From the NCBI RefSeq assembly GCF_004010195.1, contig NC_057720.1, forward strand, positions 78,794,132 through 78,858,131: DNA of 64,000 bases, in the 5' to 3' direction. Within the stretch, counting starts at the first letter, position 1. Each line of letters begins with the position of its first letter. The stretch is from Chiloscyllium plagiosum. Lineage: Eukaryota. The translations under genes were made by a program, and so were the position numbers. Below the pieces are notes generated by a model. The model was not told the DNA's origin. It did not search any database and saw only the letters and a program-made list of their open reading frames with translations. Positions 51,800 through 64,000 of the stretch are shown in pieces.

Positions 51800-52880
51800 T
51801 GTTAGCCAATCCTTTATTCATGCTCATACATTACCTTCAGTTGCACAGCCCTTACCTTACCTATTAGCCACCAGTGTAGCACCATACAGAATGCCTTTTG
51901 GGAATCCAGATATAATGCAGCTATTAGTTCCCTCTTAACTACCTCACTCGTTTGACCCTCATAAAGAAGTAAATTTGTCAAACATGATTTCCCTTTTCTA
52001 AAACCATGTTGATTATATTGGATGAAACCATGGGGTTTTTTTTTAAAGCACATTGTTGAAATATACTTAATTAAGGAACTTTATTGATCTCTTTCCCAAT
52101 TAATTGATGTCATGATAACTGGCCTCAGTTCCTTATTTTCACTCTCCCTTCTTCCCTGACTAGCAGCGTTACATTGCTACTTCCACTCCACTCAGACCTT
52201 TCCAGAATCCAGGGTATTTTGGTAAATTAGAAACCAACACATCCATTCTGTTTGAAGCTGGGCTCCAGGGATATTCAGTTTCCTGGAAGGATAGGCAATA
52301 AGAAGAAGGAGGTGGATTAGCATTGCTGGTTATAGAGTAAAGTTAATATGATAATGAAAACAGATATTAGTTCTGGTGAAGTGGAGTCTATTTGGGTAGA
52401 GTTTAGGAAAACCAAGGGACAGAAATTGACAGTCCATGTGTACAGACCCGACTAAACGGTAATGGGAATTTTAGGGGAAGGCACTAAACAGGCAATTCGA
52501 GACAGCCCTAATTATGATCAAGAGTCACTGACTTCAAGAATCAGGTGACTTCAATCTGCATAGAGATGGGACAAAGCAAATCAGTTATCATTCCACAGAG
52601 GGGGGAAAATGATTGAATTGATTTCTGGCAAAATTCCACCTGCCATCTCTTTTACAACCATCGTGCAGAGACCATGAGACCTTTGCGATTTGTCAGATTC
52701 TAACCCTTTAAGTTATTTCTGTTCTTTTCTCCACTGATATTCTTTATTCCTTTTGATGCCTAAGTTACCCTCTCTTTTTGGTGTGCAGCATTTTCAACCA
52801 TAAAGACAGGCATAAGGTGTTTGTTCAATGTCTTTGCCATCTCCTCATTCTCCGATAATTTCGCTGGAGTGCTTCTAAGA
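51800..52880. mobile_element. Old CR1 remnants (RT region on minus, endonuclease region on plus)
   Basis: QHGFRKGKSCLTNLL and LYLDSQKAF on the minus strand; GGGLALLV / ESIWVE-like on the plus strand. Confidence 0.65.
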
Positions 52881-53949
52881 GATTAATCTTCAGTTTTTGG
52901 AGATTTCAGGGTAATCCCGGAGTATTGGTGACCCTGCACTTTGTACAGATGCTGCCTCCCCTGCTGGGTGACGCAACCTTTTAAAGTTAATTATTTTCTT
53001 TTCCCATACACTTTCCACTCATTGACCTATTTCTTGTGGAGATGGAGTCACTCATATTGCTCACCTCCACCTTTTGACTGCCTGACTCTGACAAATCACA
53101 GGAGAGTGGGAAAGTCGGTGGACACTGTAAATATGCTGTGCGTTCATTATATTGTCAGAGATATGGCAATATGTTTAACATTGAAAAGTTACAGAGGGGG
53201 TAGTTTAATTCTACAGCATTGCCATGGTGATAGGGCTCAAATATTAGCACTCAGTATCCAGTGATTCTTCATCAGAAGCGTCTGATAGTACTGAATGAAT
53301 ACTGCTTTGATAGAGGCACTTTCATTTGCACATGACATTAAGCCTCAACTGAATGTTAAAATGGCACCATTTGGCTTTTTCTGTAGTCGGGTGAACATGC
53401 AACAGATGATCATCATCACACTGATATTTGTGAGTTGAGGCTACTGTAAAATAACTTTTGAGTCTGGCGATGTAACAGTCATTCCACTTGAAAATAATTT
53501 ATGTAGGCTTCAGAGTTGTTTTCACAGAAATATCTATATCAATACAAGGGGCAGATCTCATTGGAATCTGAGTGATGTGGGTTATGCTTTTGACAAGTGG
53601 CCCAGCTAGTTTCTGACTAAACAGCACTCAGTTGCCATTTAAATAGTTGATCATTTATGAAATGTCTTATTAATACCTCAACTTGCCTCATGAATATTTT
53701 GCTTCCTATCTTACCAAATTCGCCAAACAAGGTAAATGTTGAGCAAAAACGATATGAATCTGACAAATTCACCTCATTGCTTGCTCAAATCAATGCCCAT
53801 GTTGGTCACTAGGCACTAACATCTCAAGACAAACTCCATGGGCATCAGCCACATGCACCCCTTACCCATGCACATCCAATATGTGCCAGCCTTGAAGAAT
53901 CTTCATGACCTATCTTCCATCTAATTATAGGACATATTTGCATTTCATT

Positions 53950-54572
53950 TGTGATGAAGCTGCTCCTTTAACAAGGTTTTGCTGTTCTTGGCTTTTTCTT
54001 CAGAGATCGTAAACAACACAGACTCTGAAAAGTCTGGGGTTAAGTTGTTTTAGGGCCAATTTAATAATAGCTAACAGACACTGCCTCAGGCAGAGGGCTT
54101 TCAAGTTTTAAAAGAAAAGCACTTGTACAATGAAAGGGGAGTGGCCAGTTCTCCCAGCTCAGCTTTTCACTGGTTTGGCAGTAGTGTGGAAAAAAGCTGT
54201 TGGACTCAAAGATGCAGGTCCAGGCTGGTACACTCTCTCTGCCTTCTATCTTGTAAGAACCTGTGTTTGATTTTACCTTTTGTGCCATGGGGTGTTTATG
54301 GGGATTGTTGCAAGTATTTGGAACAGCATCGTTAAGTTGGGATAGTTTGTTGGGTTTTCGGGCAGGTTACATTAGTCGGTATTCTGTTCTCTTTTGTTTG
54401 TGTTTCATTTGGTAATCTTGTAAATAAATTCTGTTTTGTTTAAAACTAGGTGGGCTGACCAGTTGCACCACTTCGGGAACATTCGCCTTACACTTGCTTA
54501 AAACAACTAGTAAAGTTAGGTTCTGGGCTACCTTTTTGAAATGTTTTGAGGGTTCTGGCCTGGACCATAATA
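53950..54572 (+). mobile_element. Solo LTR, Gypsy-like
   Basis: Starts TGTGATG and ends CCATAATA (terminal CA mutated). 4-bp TSD CATT (53946-53949, 54573-54576), AATAAA ~54423. Confidence 0.75.
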
Positions 54573-54689
54573 CATTGCTGCACCTCGGGTTATACCAGCA
54601 AGTATCACTGTAACACTGCAGTGACGGCACTGTGCACTCATGGGGACACACCCAGCTCAGGGACTGGACCAGGCTGAATCTCTGGGATG

Positions 54690-54775
54690 AAAATGTGTTG
54701 CTGGAAAAGCGCAGCAGGTCAGGCAGCATCCAAGAAGCAGGAGAATCGACGTTTCGGGTATGAGCCCTTCTTCAG
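54690..54775. mobile_element. Penelope pseudo-LTR fragment
   Basis: Flanked by a 14-bp direct repeat GAATCTCTGGGATG (54676-54689, 54776-54789). Confidence 0.8.
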
Positions 54776-56821
54776 GAATCTCTGGGATGTTCACTCACTG
54801 TCAGCGCACTCGGTCACTCTGAGATTACCTGGATACTCACAGCATCCCTGCCATATCTTCCCCTTTGTTCTTTGCCCTGTCATGTTTGTAAATCAGATAA
54901 AATCTTTCAAACAATTAAAAAGACCCTCAGCTGGTAGAGTGAGTATGAGGTTCAACCTTAACCTTCTTTTCTCTCTCACTTACTCACAAACACACACACA
55001 ATTAGTCATTCTGAAATTATAGCATTTCTCTTTGTAGAAACAAAGAACACTTTTAAACTAATCAGCTATTAACAAATGTAAAAGTACAAGGTTATTAAAA
55101 TTAACAAATGAATAGCAGTACAGTCATCAATTACTGTTTTAGTTATTCATAATCTATAGACAGATATATCGCAAAACACCTTTCCCTCAGCTAACACTGT
55201 GTTAGAAAATGACATAAAACATCCAATAGATTTAAGATTGCTGTGAAATAAGTGCTACTCATACCAACAAAAATGATCAAGCAATAACAATGGTGAATAG
55301 TGAATAATTTAAGGGCAATTTTCCCATGTCATTTAGCAAGCAGTGGAAAAAAAAACACTCTACCCTAATGCCATGTGGGGAGGCCTCTAGCTACTCTAAG
55401 GGCTCCATGGTGCAGAGAGGAGGTAGTGAACAGAAAATTACATACTCGGCAGCTCAACATTGCCACTCAACGGGGGAATACTCCCTCTCCCACCATTCCC
55501 AGCTCTGTTCTTGAGATCTTGTCTGCTAGGCCCTCATGTACTCCTTGCTGCCTCAGCAGTGGCACCATTGAGACTCTGTAGCTGCTGGCCCTCTGACAGG
55601 GTTAGCGCTGTGGAATGCCAACTCACTGTCCTCAATTGGCCACCAAAGCCCTCCTGGCAATATCCCAGGGAGGTGCCACTTCTGTCCTTGGTGTTTTGGC
55701 TACCCAAACCCCATTTGGAGTGGATCTCCAACCACTTGCCAAAAGTGCACTCCTAGTTTCAAAAGACTATTCAGAATAGAATAAATGATTGACAACACCA
55801 AGGGGCTAGATGGCCAGATGTTACTCACGGACTTCCAAATGTCTCTAGGCTGACTTCATTTCAAAAGTACTTCAATCCACCGTGAGGTGGTTGGGATATC
55901 CTAAGGGAATCCTTTGTTAATCATCACAAGAATACACATACTGTTCACTGAAATTTAGCAGAATAATGAAATGCCCATTTGTAATGTAACCAAATGATTA
56001 ACCTATATCCATTACTAAACACATTGATATAGAAGCAGTTGTATGAGGAATTCTGAAGATATATGGGTAATGATCTACACTTCGAAATCTTTGTGCAGCT
56101 TTGCTTAATTTTCTTTTACAACATACAATTAGAAATTATATGGGATTTCTTGCAATCAACCACACATCAAATCAGTCCAACAATCTGTCAATCATTATGC
56201 AGAATGACCTCAAATCTGACTCTGAATGCTGTTATATTGTTTATCCAGAACTCTAAGGACTTTAGTTTTCATACATGGCAAATGAATAGAGAGTTCACTC
56301 AAAATTCTTTCACTCACAGTGGGATAAGGAGGGAACTTATCAATCAACTTAACTCTTCATTTACTCTTCAGGCCTACTGAGTAAGAAAACACAAAACAGT
56401 TCCTGTGCAAGCATAAGGGAATACATCTGCAGAAAATATTTCGCCCCTGAGGGAAGAGGTCAGATATAGGTAAGGGAAGATTTGTGAAGTGTAAAATTTT
56501 TTTAAAAGAATACGTTCCCAGAGGAAAAGAAAGATGAGGGATAGAGGTAAATTAAATATCATATGGTACAAAGTTCATCATCCAAGTCCTGGGACTCCCT
56601 AGTTAAGAGCATTTTGATGGTACTATCGCAACATGGACTTCAGCAATTCAGAAAGGCAAATTACCACCATCTTCTTCAGAGCAATTAGATAAGGCTACTA
56701 AGTGCTGCTTTTTGCCATGAGTGATCATGTCAGAAATGATTTTGTTAAAAATGGAATCATAAACTGACTGAATCAAAAGTAACAGCAGTTCTGTGTGACC
56801 AGACACTGCACCTTTGCTATA

Positions 56822-57039
56822 CAGGTAGTTCTTCTATAATGCAGTGGTTGCGGGCATGCGCAACTCTGCATTATAGAAAAATCACACTTTAGAAACAGCG
56901 CTTAAAGTGTTGCCGATGTAATTGCATTACAATCAACACATGCCTTAAAGTTTGCATTTTAGAAACAGTGTCCCCAATTTGTCAATTGCGTTACAGTGTA
57001 TTTGCGATAACAAAATGTGTATTATAGCAGAATGACTTG
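56822..57039. mobile_element. Tc1/pogo-type MITE
   Basis: TA|CAGGTAGTTCTTCTATAA ... TTATAGCAGAATGACTTG|TA imperfect TIRs. Confidence 0.7.
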
Positions 57040-57298
57040 TACTTAACCTGAGTTCATTGCAATGAATCAAAGTTAATATCAGTGGGAAGGGAGTCATGAT
57101 ACCTCCTTATCCCCCACCCATAATGATAGAAGAGGGGTGATAGGATGTGCAAAGAAAAATCCAATCCTGACCCAATTCACCCTGAATGCTTCAACTTCCA
57201 ACATTTTTTTAAATCAAAGAGCAATGCTGCGTGATTCCCCTGTTCATATTTTATTTTCTTTGTTAGAGTAAACAGAACCTCTGACACTCCTGTTTATT

Positions 57299-57722
57299 TC
57301 TTTTTTTTTCTTTTTTTCTTTTTATATTGCGAGACATAGTGAAAGACACAAGGTGTACAAATCCTTATTCAATTTCCACCACCAGGAAGAAAAGAAACAT
57401 CCAAGTGGCCAGTGACAAGCAGTGCCCTTCACATCAAAGGGCAGCACTGCGTGATCAAACAGTGAAGGGGAGGGCAGGGATTAAATCAAACTGGAGGGGG
57501 AATTAACACACTCCACTTCCTGCGGTGCCCCCCTCTCCCTGAACAGCTCAAGGGTGTTGGTGGACACCGCGTGCTCCTTCTCCAGAGACATCTGGGCTCT
57601 AACACAACCATGGAAAAGAGGCAGGCAGTCGGCCTTAATGACCCCCTCCACGGCCCGCTGCCTGGACCTGTTTATGGCCAGTTTGGCCAGGCTCAGGAGC
57701 AGACCCATGAGGAGGTCAACTT
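57299..57722 (-). mobile_element. Tx1/L1-clade LINE 3' end with poly(A) tail
   Basis: LLLSLAKLAINRSRQRAV...LFHGCVRA...LEKEHA...FRER C-terminal domain. The T-rich tract at ~57300-57322 is the A-tail. Confidence 0.75.
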
Positions 57723-58559
57723 CCAATTTTAAATGTGATGGGTTTGGATGTGGTTGGTGGTGTAGTGGATTATTAACCTCCTATTAATTAAAAATTATAA
57801 TTAATCCTCTACCTGAAACCTAATCAGATTTTAAGGGACCAGGTTTTATGATGTGGAAGTCAGTGAATTTTGAGTGAATTAAATAATTGGTGCTGTCTTA
57901 ATATTGACTTTTGAAGAGGAGGATATGGTTGAACTGATTAGACAGCAGGGCAAAAATAGAGTTGTAAACAGTAAGGCTGGTATGTAAAGAGACAGTGAGT
58001 GACTCCAATCAGATGACAAGAATGATCTAACAGAGACATGTGACACTGTGCTCTGAAATAGAGTTGTACATTATGTCAAACTAAGTCCTCAGGCTAAGTC
58101 GTTGCAATTAGCAGTGTCCCTGCACTTTGGCTGCAGATGTTGAGATTACACGAAGATGTAGTGTTAAGAAAAGTAAACTGAAAACCATCTGGTGGCTTAG
58201 TTATTCAAACATTCTGTGAGGTGGTAGGTTTTTATACAAATTTATAGATTTCAGCATTTTATTCATGTCTGTTGAATGATCATGTTGTTGGTACCCCTAA
58301 AGTCTGACACTGACTTTTAATGATTGGGGGTTTCATTAAAATTTAATGATGCCTGATTGTGGGAGTAATGAATACTATTTATTGTAGCAGCAAACCTGAG
58401 CTCCCTGATGTGTAGCATTACAAGGAGGCTTTACATTTAATATTCCTCGGAGGAATTGGATTTTGAAGAACTGTGGAAAAATTGCTTTATTTCAATTTTT
58501 TTGGAAATATACATCGTGTTTTTTTTAAAGAGGCCATTGAAAGGTGGCTATGGACATTG

Positions 58560-58745
58560 GTGGTGCAGGTTAGGTGAACTGGCCATGCTAAATTGCCCAC
58601 AGTATTCATGGATGTGTAAGTTAGATGCCTTAGTCAGGGGTAAATGTTGATTAATAAGGTAGGAGAATGGGTCTGGGTGGGTTATTCTTCAGGAGGTCAG
58701 TGTGGACTTGTTGGGTCAAATGGCCTGTTTCCACATTGTAGGGAT
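58560..58745 (+). mobile_element. HE1-like SINE 3' half
   Basis: GTGCAGGTTAGGTGAACTGGCCATGCTAAATTGCCC...GGCCTGTTTCCACATTGTAGGGATT. Confidence 0.8.
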
Positions 58746-59039
58746 TTTATTGAAGTATTTTAATAAGATTTCCTAAAAGCCACACTATCAGTGATAACAA
58801 CGTGTTCTGCTGTAAATTCTGCTGTTTAGACAGTGAGTGGTGAGTACTTTGGTATTTTGGAAGGAGTTGGGGACAAGAAGTTATGTAGTAAGTCTGTCCA
58901 GCTAATCTCTCCCATTTATGAAAATAGCTGTATATGTGAGTTCAGAGTGAAACTTGTTCTGAAAAAGTAATCGCAGAAATTTCTCAAAGTTGGTCCTGAG
59001 CAAGCTGTGTCTGCCAAGACTTCAGAGATAGCTGTGTAT

Positions 59040-59700
59040 GAATATTGAAAAGTAAGGGGAGTTTAGTAATGACGGGAAGCTGGGAAAAGGTGGAGCAGTG
59101 GCTCTGCTAGTGATGCTATTAGCACAGCAGGGAGGATGATACAAGTTCAGGAAACAAGATGAAGAAACAATTTGATACAGCTTGGAAATTATAAAGATAG
59201 GAAATCACTTGTTAGAGTATTATACTGGCCTGAAAGCTGTAGAATGAAGTATAAAGGAAGAAATAATTAGAAACAAAAACAGAAATCGCTGGAGAAGCTC
59301 AGCAGGCCTGTCATCATCAGTGGAAAGAAAGCAGTTAACATTTTGGGTCTAATCTCTCTACAGATGCTGCCAGACCTGTTGAGTTTCACCCATAACTTCT
59401 GTTTTTGTTTAAGATTTTCAACACTGCAGTTTGTTGTTTTATTTTAGAAAATAATCAGAGCTCATCAAAAAGCTAAATTGGTAATCATAGGGGATTTTAA
59501 TGCAAACACAGACTGGAAAATCAGATGGGTTGGGTAGCCTGGGTGGAGTATATGGAATGTTTTTTAGGACGATTTCTTAGGACAGCACACTCTGGAGCTA
59601 ATCAGAGTGCAGACAGCTCTATTCTTGGTATCGTGCAATGAGATGGGATTAATAGTAAATGTGCCCTGAGGTAGCAACAATCATTGTATGATCAAATTTG
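59040..59700 (+). mobile_element. Degraded CR1 endonuclease region with a small inverted Penelope-type insertion (~59275-59440)
   Basis: GKGGAVALLV, VIIGDFNA and SNNHCMIKF remnants; inverted AAACAAAAACAGAA/TTCTGTTTTTGTTT ends. Confidence 0.55.
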
Positions 59701-59703
59701 TTG

Positions 59704-61310
59704 GGTATTTGAAGTTAAAGGGAGCAAGACGCCCCTGGTATTTGAAGTGATAGGAAGCAAGAGGCTCCTGGTATTTGAAGTTATAGGGAGCAAGAGGCCC
59801 CTGGTATTTGAAGTTCATAGGGAGCAAGAGACTCCTGGTATTTGATGTTATAGGGAACAAGAGGCTCCTGGTATTTGAGGTTATAGGGAGCAAGAGGCTC
59901 CAGGTATTTGAAGTTATAGGGAGCAGGAGGCTCCTGATATTTGAGGTTATAGGAAGCAAGAGGCTCCTGGTATTTGAAGTTATAGGGAACAAGAGGCTCC
60001 AGCTATTTGAAGTTATAGGGAGCAAGAGGCTCCTGGTATTTGAAGTGATAGGAAGCAGGAGGCTCCTGGTATTTGAAGTTTATAGGGAGCAAGATGCCCC
60101 TGGTATTTGAAGTGATAGGAAGCAGGAGGCTCATGATATTTGAAGTTATAGGGAGCAAGAGGCTCCTGGTATTTGAAGTTATAGGGACAAGAGGCTCCTG
60201 GTATTTGAAGTTTATAGGGAGCAAGAGGCTCCTGGTACTTGATGTTATAGGGAGCATGAAGCTCCTGGTATTTGCAGTTATAGGGAGCAAGAGGCTCCCG
60301 GTATTTGAAGGTTATAGGGAGCATGAAGCTCCTGGTATTTCTAGTTATAGGGAACAAAGGCTCCATGATGCTCCAGGTATTTGAAGTTATAGGTAGCAAG
60401 AGGCTCCAGGTATTTGAAGTTATAGGGAGCAAGAGGCTCCTGGTATTTGAAGTTTATAGGGAGCTAGAGGCCCCTGGTATTTGAAGTTTATATAGAGCAA
60501 AAGGCTCCTTGTATTTGAAGTTTATAGGGAGCAAGAGGTTCTTGGTATTTGAAGTTATAGGGAGCACGAGTATCCTGGTATTTGAAGTTATAGCGAGCAA
60601 GAGGCTCCTGGTATTCGAAGTTATAGGGAGCAAGAGGCTCCTGGTATTTGAAGTTATAGCGAGCAAGAGACTCCTGGTACTTGAAGTTATAGCGAGCAAG
60701 AGACTCCTGGTACTTGAAGTTATAGGGAGCAAGAGACTCCTGGTATTTGAAATTTATTGGGAACAAGAGTCTTCTGGTATTTGAAGTTATAGGGAACAAG
60801 AGGCTCCTGGTATTTGAAGTTATAGGGAACAAGAGGCTCCTGGTATTTGAAGTTATAGGGAGCAAGAGGCTCCTGGTATTTGAAGTTATAGGGTGCAAGA
60901 GGCCCCTGGTATTTGAAGTTATAGGGTGCAAGAGACACCCTGGTATTTGAAGTTATAGGGAGCTAGAGGCTCCTGGTATTTGAAGTTATAGGGTGCAAGA
61001 GACACCCTGGTATTTGAAGTTATAGGGAACAAGAGGCTCCTGGTATTTGAAGTTATAGGATGCAAGAGGCCCCTGGTATTTGAAGTTATAGGGAGCTAGA
61101 GGCTCCCGGTATTTTAAGTTTATAGGGAGCAAGAGGCTCCTGATATTTGAAGTTATAGGGAGCAAGAGGCTCCTGGTATTTGAAGTTATAGGGTGCAAGA
61201 GGCTCGTGATATTTGAAGTTAAAGGGAGCAAGAGACCCCTGGTATTTGATGTTATAGGGAGCAAGAGGCCCCTGGTATTTAAAGTTATAAGGAGCAAGAG
61301 GCCCCTGGCA
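59704..61310. repeat. 33-bp minisatellite, ~48 copies (GGTATTTGAAGTTATAGGGAGCAAGAGGCTCCT)
   Basis: Directly visible head-to-tail repeat with point variants and occasional 1-bp indels. Confidence 0.97.
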
Positions 61311-61560
61311 TTTAATTATAGGTTGTTATTAACATAATGAAGTATATTTAATAAGTTAATAACTAATAATAATAAATTAAAAATAAAAATCAACACTTAG
61401 ATTGATTTTTTTCAAAAAAGTAAAGAAATATCGTGACATTTTATAATAAAACCTTTTTTTCATTAAAAATGTTTGTGAAATTGATTAACGTTTGTGGAAG
61501 TTTGATCAGTGAGTCATTTTCTTTGTAAAGTAGTTGCTATAAAACTAAAGTAATTTTAAA

Positions 61561-62070
61561 ATGGGTAATTACACAGAGAGAACTTTTGATTCATCATCAA
61601 CGTTAGTGAAATTATGTGAAAATATTCCCGAAAGGACTGAGGCCTTTAGAAATTTGTATGGAGGTCTAAATAAAACATTGGGTAATGAAGGTTATCATTC
61701 GGCGTCCCTAAATCTGTTCAATTGGTTAAATCAGCTCAGCAATTGATTTGGCAACGTAACATGGGAGCAGAAATGAAAGAGTTAATTGGACTGTGGGCAA
61801 CAGTTTTGTGATGAGAGGCACAAAGAATCAGTTTTGCGTTCATGGCAGGATACTGCCACCAAATTGGGGATTGAATTAACTACAAATGGTGCTATGAAGT
61901 CTGTTGAGGTTCTTGAAAGTGAATGTGCTCAAGCAAAACAATTACAGAAACAAAAGGAGAAGTCACAAGTGACTGGTAAACAAACAGAACTGCGCAATTC
62001 AATGGTTGGCCTTAGTTTGAATGAGTAGGACAATGATAATTCAGATTTAGATGAGTGGTGCTCTGTTTTT
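61561..62070 (+). pseudogene. Decayed ORF, possibly a retroviral Gag N-terminus
   Basis: The two listed ORFs (61561, 61786) share one frame broken by stops. Starts MGN, then helical/coiled-coil-like and acidic DNDNSDLDE segments. Confidence 0.35.
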
Positions 62071-62234
62071 TATATTATTATATAATTTTTTTGCAGCTCC
62101 CATTTCAGACTCTTCCTTACAGGCTGATCAGTCTTTGGAATGTACAGCTGTTTCACTTAACTCTCAATAACTTTACTGCTGTAGTCCAGGAACAACATTG
62201 ACAAGATAACAATCTCACTGATGTATCAGATTAC

Positions 62235-62514
62235 TTACTTACCATGTGGAAACAGGCCCTTTGGGCCGCCAAAGCACAACCCACCCAGACTCATTCCCCT
62301 GTATTACCCCTCCACCTAACACTATTGGCAAGTTAGCATTTCCAATTCACCTAAACTGCACATTTTTGGACTGTGGGAGGAAACTGGAGCAAACCCACAC
62401 AGACACAGGGAGAATGTACAAACTCCACACAGTCAGTAACCTGAGGTGGGAATTGAACCCAAGTCTCTGACACTATGAGGCAGCAGTGCTAACTACTGTA
62501 CCATCATGCCTCCC
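62235..62514 (-). mobile_element. HE1-like SINE
   Basis: Minus-strand head GGGAGGCATGATGGTACAGTAGTTAGCACTGCTGCCTCA and the same body as 15726-16033. Confidence 0.85.
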
Positions 62515-64000
62515 ACTATTATTATTATCGTACCTGTTGCATCTGTTCAGCTTTTCTTGTCTTGCTTTGTTGCTTTTTTGTTCATTTTGGTCATTGTTCT
62601 TTGTTTATGGAATATGGAGGTTGGCCGTTATTCTTTCTTGGGGTGTTAAAAGATAAGGCTGGCCAGTGGTAACAATTCTTCCACACTTGGTTAAGCGATG
62701 ATGCCACAGCCAGGATTTATCAGTCTAAACTCTCAAGCTAAAAACTGAGATATGGTGTGTGTGTGTGTGAGAGAGAGAAAGAAAAAAGAGCTGTACAGCT
62801 AATAGAAAGTTTAACCCTTTGTGATTTGGTTTGAATGCACATTTGTTTGTTGATGATTGAATGTTTGTGCTTTGTTCTGTGGAGCTTGAGATCCAGGACT
62901 GTTTTGAATCTGATTTCTATTATGGAAATTTAACATGATTTCTTTTAAGGTTAAGGATTTTACAGTGATTATGAAACAAAATATTAACTCCTGTTCTTTT
63001 TACAGGTCATGACTGCCTTACTATCAGTTTCTAACTAATCTCTTTTATCCTTACATAAAAGCCAACCTTATTCAATTTCAAATCAGCTTAATACGGAGGA
63101 AAACAACATCATAACTTTTTTTTGTGTTTTAGACTCATTTGTTTCCACTTAATTTTAAGATTGATGTGTTTCATTGGTGATTATGATGTGCTAGCTGTAG
63201 CTTTATTCAGAAAGTCCCCTCCCTCAATGACAGTTGATGTTTCAGTTAAGTCAAAAAAAATCCTATGGTTAACATCTGTGACCTTGAATTTGGCCATTAT
63301 TCATGCGTTAGTAGGTTTTTTTTAACTTGAATAGACAAATCCTTTTAAGGTAGCTCCAGTTATTTCACAACCTATAGCATTGTAATTGAGCAATGACTGG
63401 TCAGGACTACTTAAGAAAATTAATTTTGGATTTAAATTAAGGGAGTAAAACCGGGTAATTATAATGGATTTCAAAGTTGGGAACTGTATGCATTTTACAT
63501 TTTAAATATTAAATACTGAATAAATGAATTTCCAATTTGTATATAATATATAAATATATATTTACAAATTATATAAGAAAATAAAATGTTGTATGTTACT
63601 CAGATATTTTGTACAAAAAAGACCATTGAGATATTACCACAGAGGAGATCTGCTCTCAAAACAAAACAATGAGAACTAAGCTCTGTTGATCCTCCAATGT
63701 CCACAAGAATAATTGAAAACTTACTTATTTTCCATAATCTTCTTCATATGTATCCACACTTAGTAATGCATAAAGTACGCTTGGTACTACTCCACTCAGT
63801 GCTCTCTCCAAAATTCAAGCTGAATTCTATCCATATCATTAGGTGTCCCTGACAATGAAAAAGGACTACTGCCTGACTTAAGCAGGCACTGCTGTCACCC
63901 AGCATTCCAACCTTTGGAAAATAGGGACAACCAAACATATCGAGAAATGGGGTGGTATATCAATCATTATTTCTTTTGTAGCATCACTGCCCCATTTCAT

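Noticed and set aside
59704-61310. CRISPR-like array, or repeat-protein ORFs (LLPITSNTRS)n
   Set aside because: The units are head-to-tail with no unique spacers and the context is eukaryotic. The ORFs are by-products of a 33-bp period and are broken by indels.
423-63938. Most short ORFs in the supplied track
   Set aside because: They are antisense or alternate frames of CR1, Penelope, ERV and SINE remnants, span N gaps, or are chance ORFs with non-ATG starts.
22776-64000. ARPC5 or NCF2 exons expected from mammalian synteny
   Set aside because: No recognisable peptide (e.g. RFRKVDVDEYDENKF) was found by eye or in the ORF track.

Overview
Non-mammalian vertebrate genomic DNA. The HE1-type and Deu-domain SINEs, CR1 LINEs and Penelope elements point to a cartilaginous fish (shark). 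There are two assembly gaps (3061-3271, 4975-5047). The only clearly intact protein-coding gene is APOBEC4 (+, single coding exon 21624-22775). An isolated 78-nt minus-strand exon candidate (13808-13885) resembles an RGL1 exon, and RGL1 is APOBEC4's antisense neighbour in mammals. The left 11 kb holds two related minus-strand endogenous retroviruses. One is represented by a 5' LTR and a tRNA-Ser-type PBS. The other is a gag-(pol deleted)-IN-env-3'LTR provirus with a MITE, a CR1 and Penelope pieces nested inside it, including a ~685-bp near-perfect palindrome. The Penelope pseudo-LTRs carry minimal hammerhead-ribozyme cores. Between ~38.2 and 50.7 kb lies an ORF-less, higher-order tandem array. 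Its modules repeatedly carry an RFX X-box, a CRE-like site and MYB-like sites upstream of minus-strand splice donors. This is the most unexplained structure in the window and may be an amplified germline/ciliary promoter-first-exon array (inference only). Also present are two solo LTRs with TSDs, a Tx1-like LINE end, a second MITE, a ~1.6-kb 33-bp minisatellite and a decayed gag-like ORF. All calls were made by eye and repeat boundaries are approximate.
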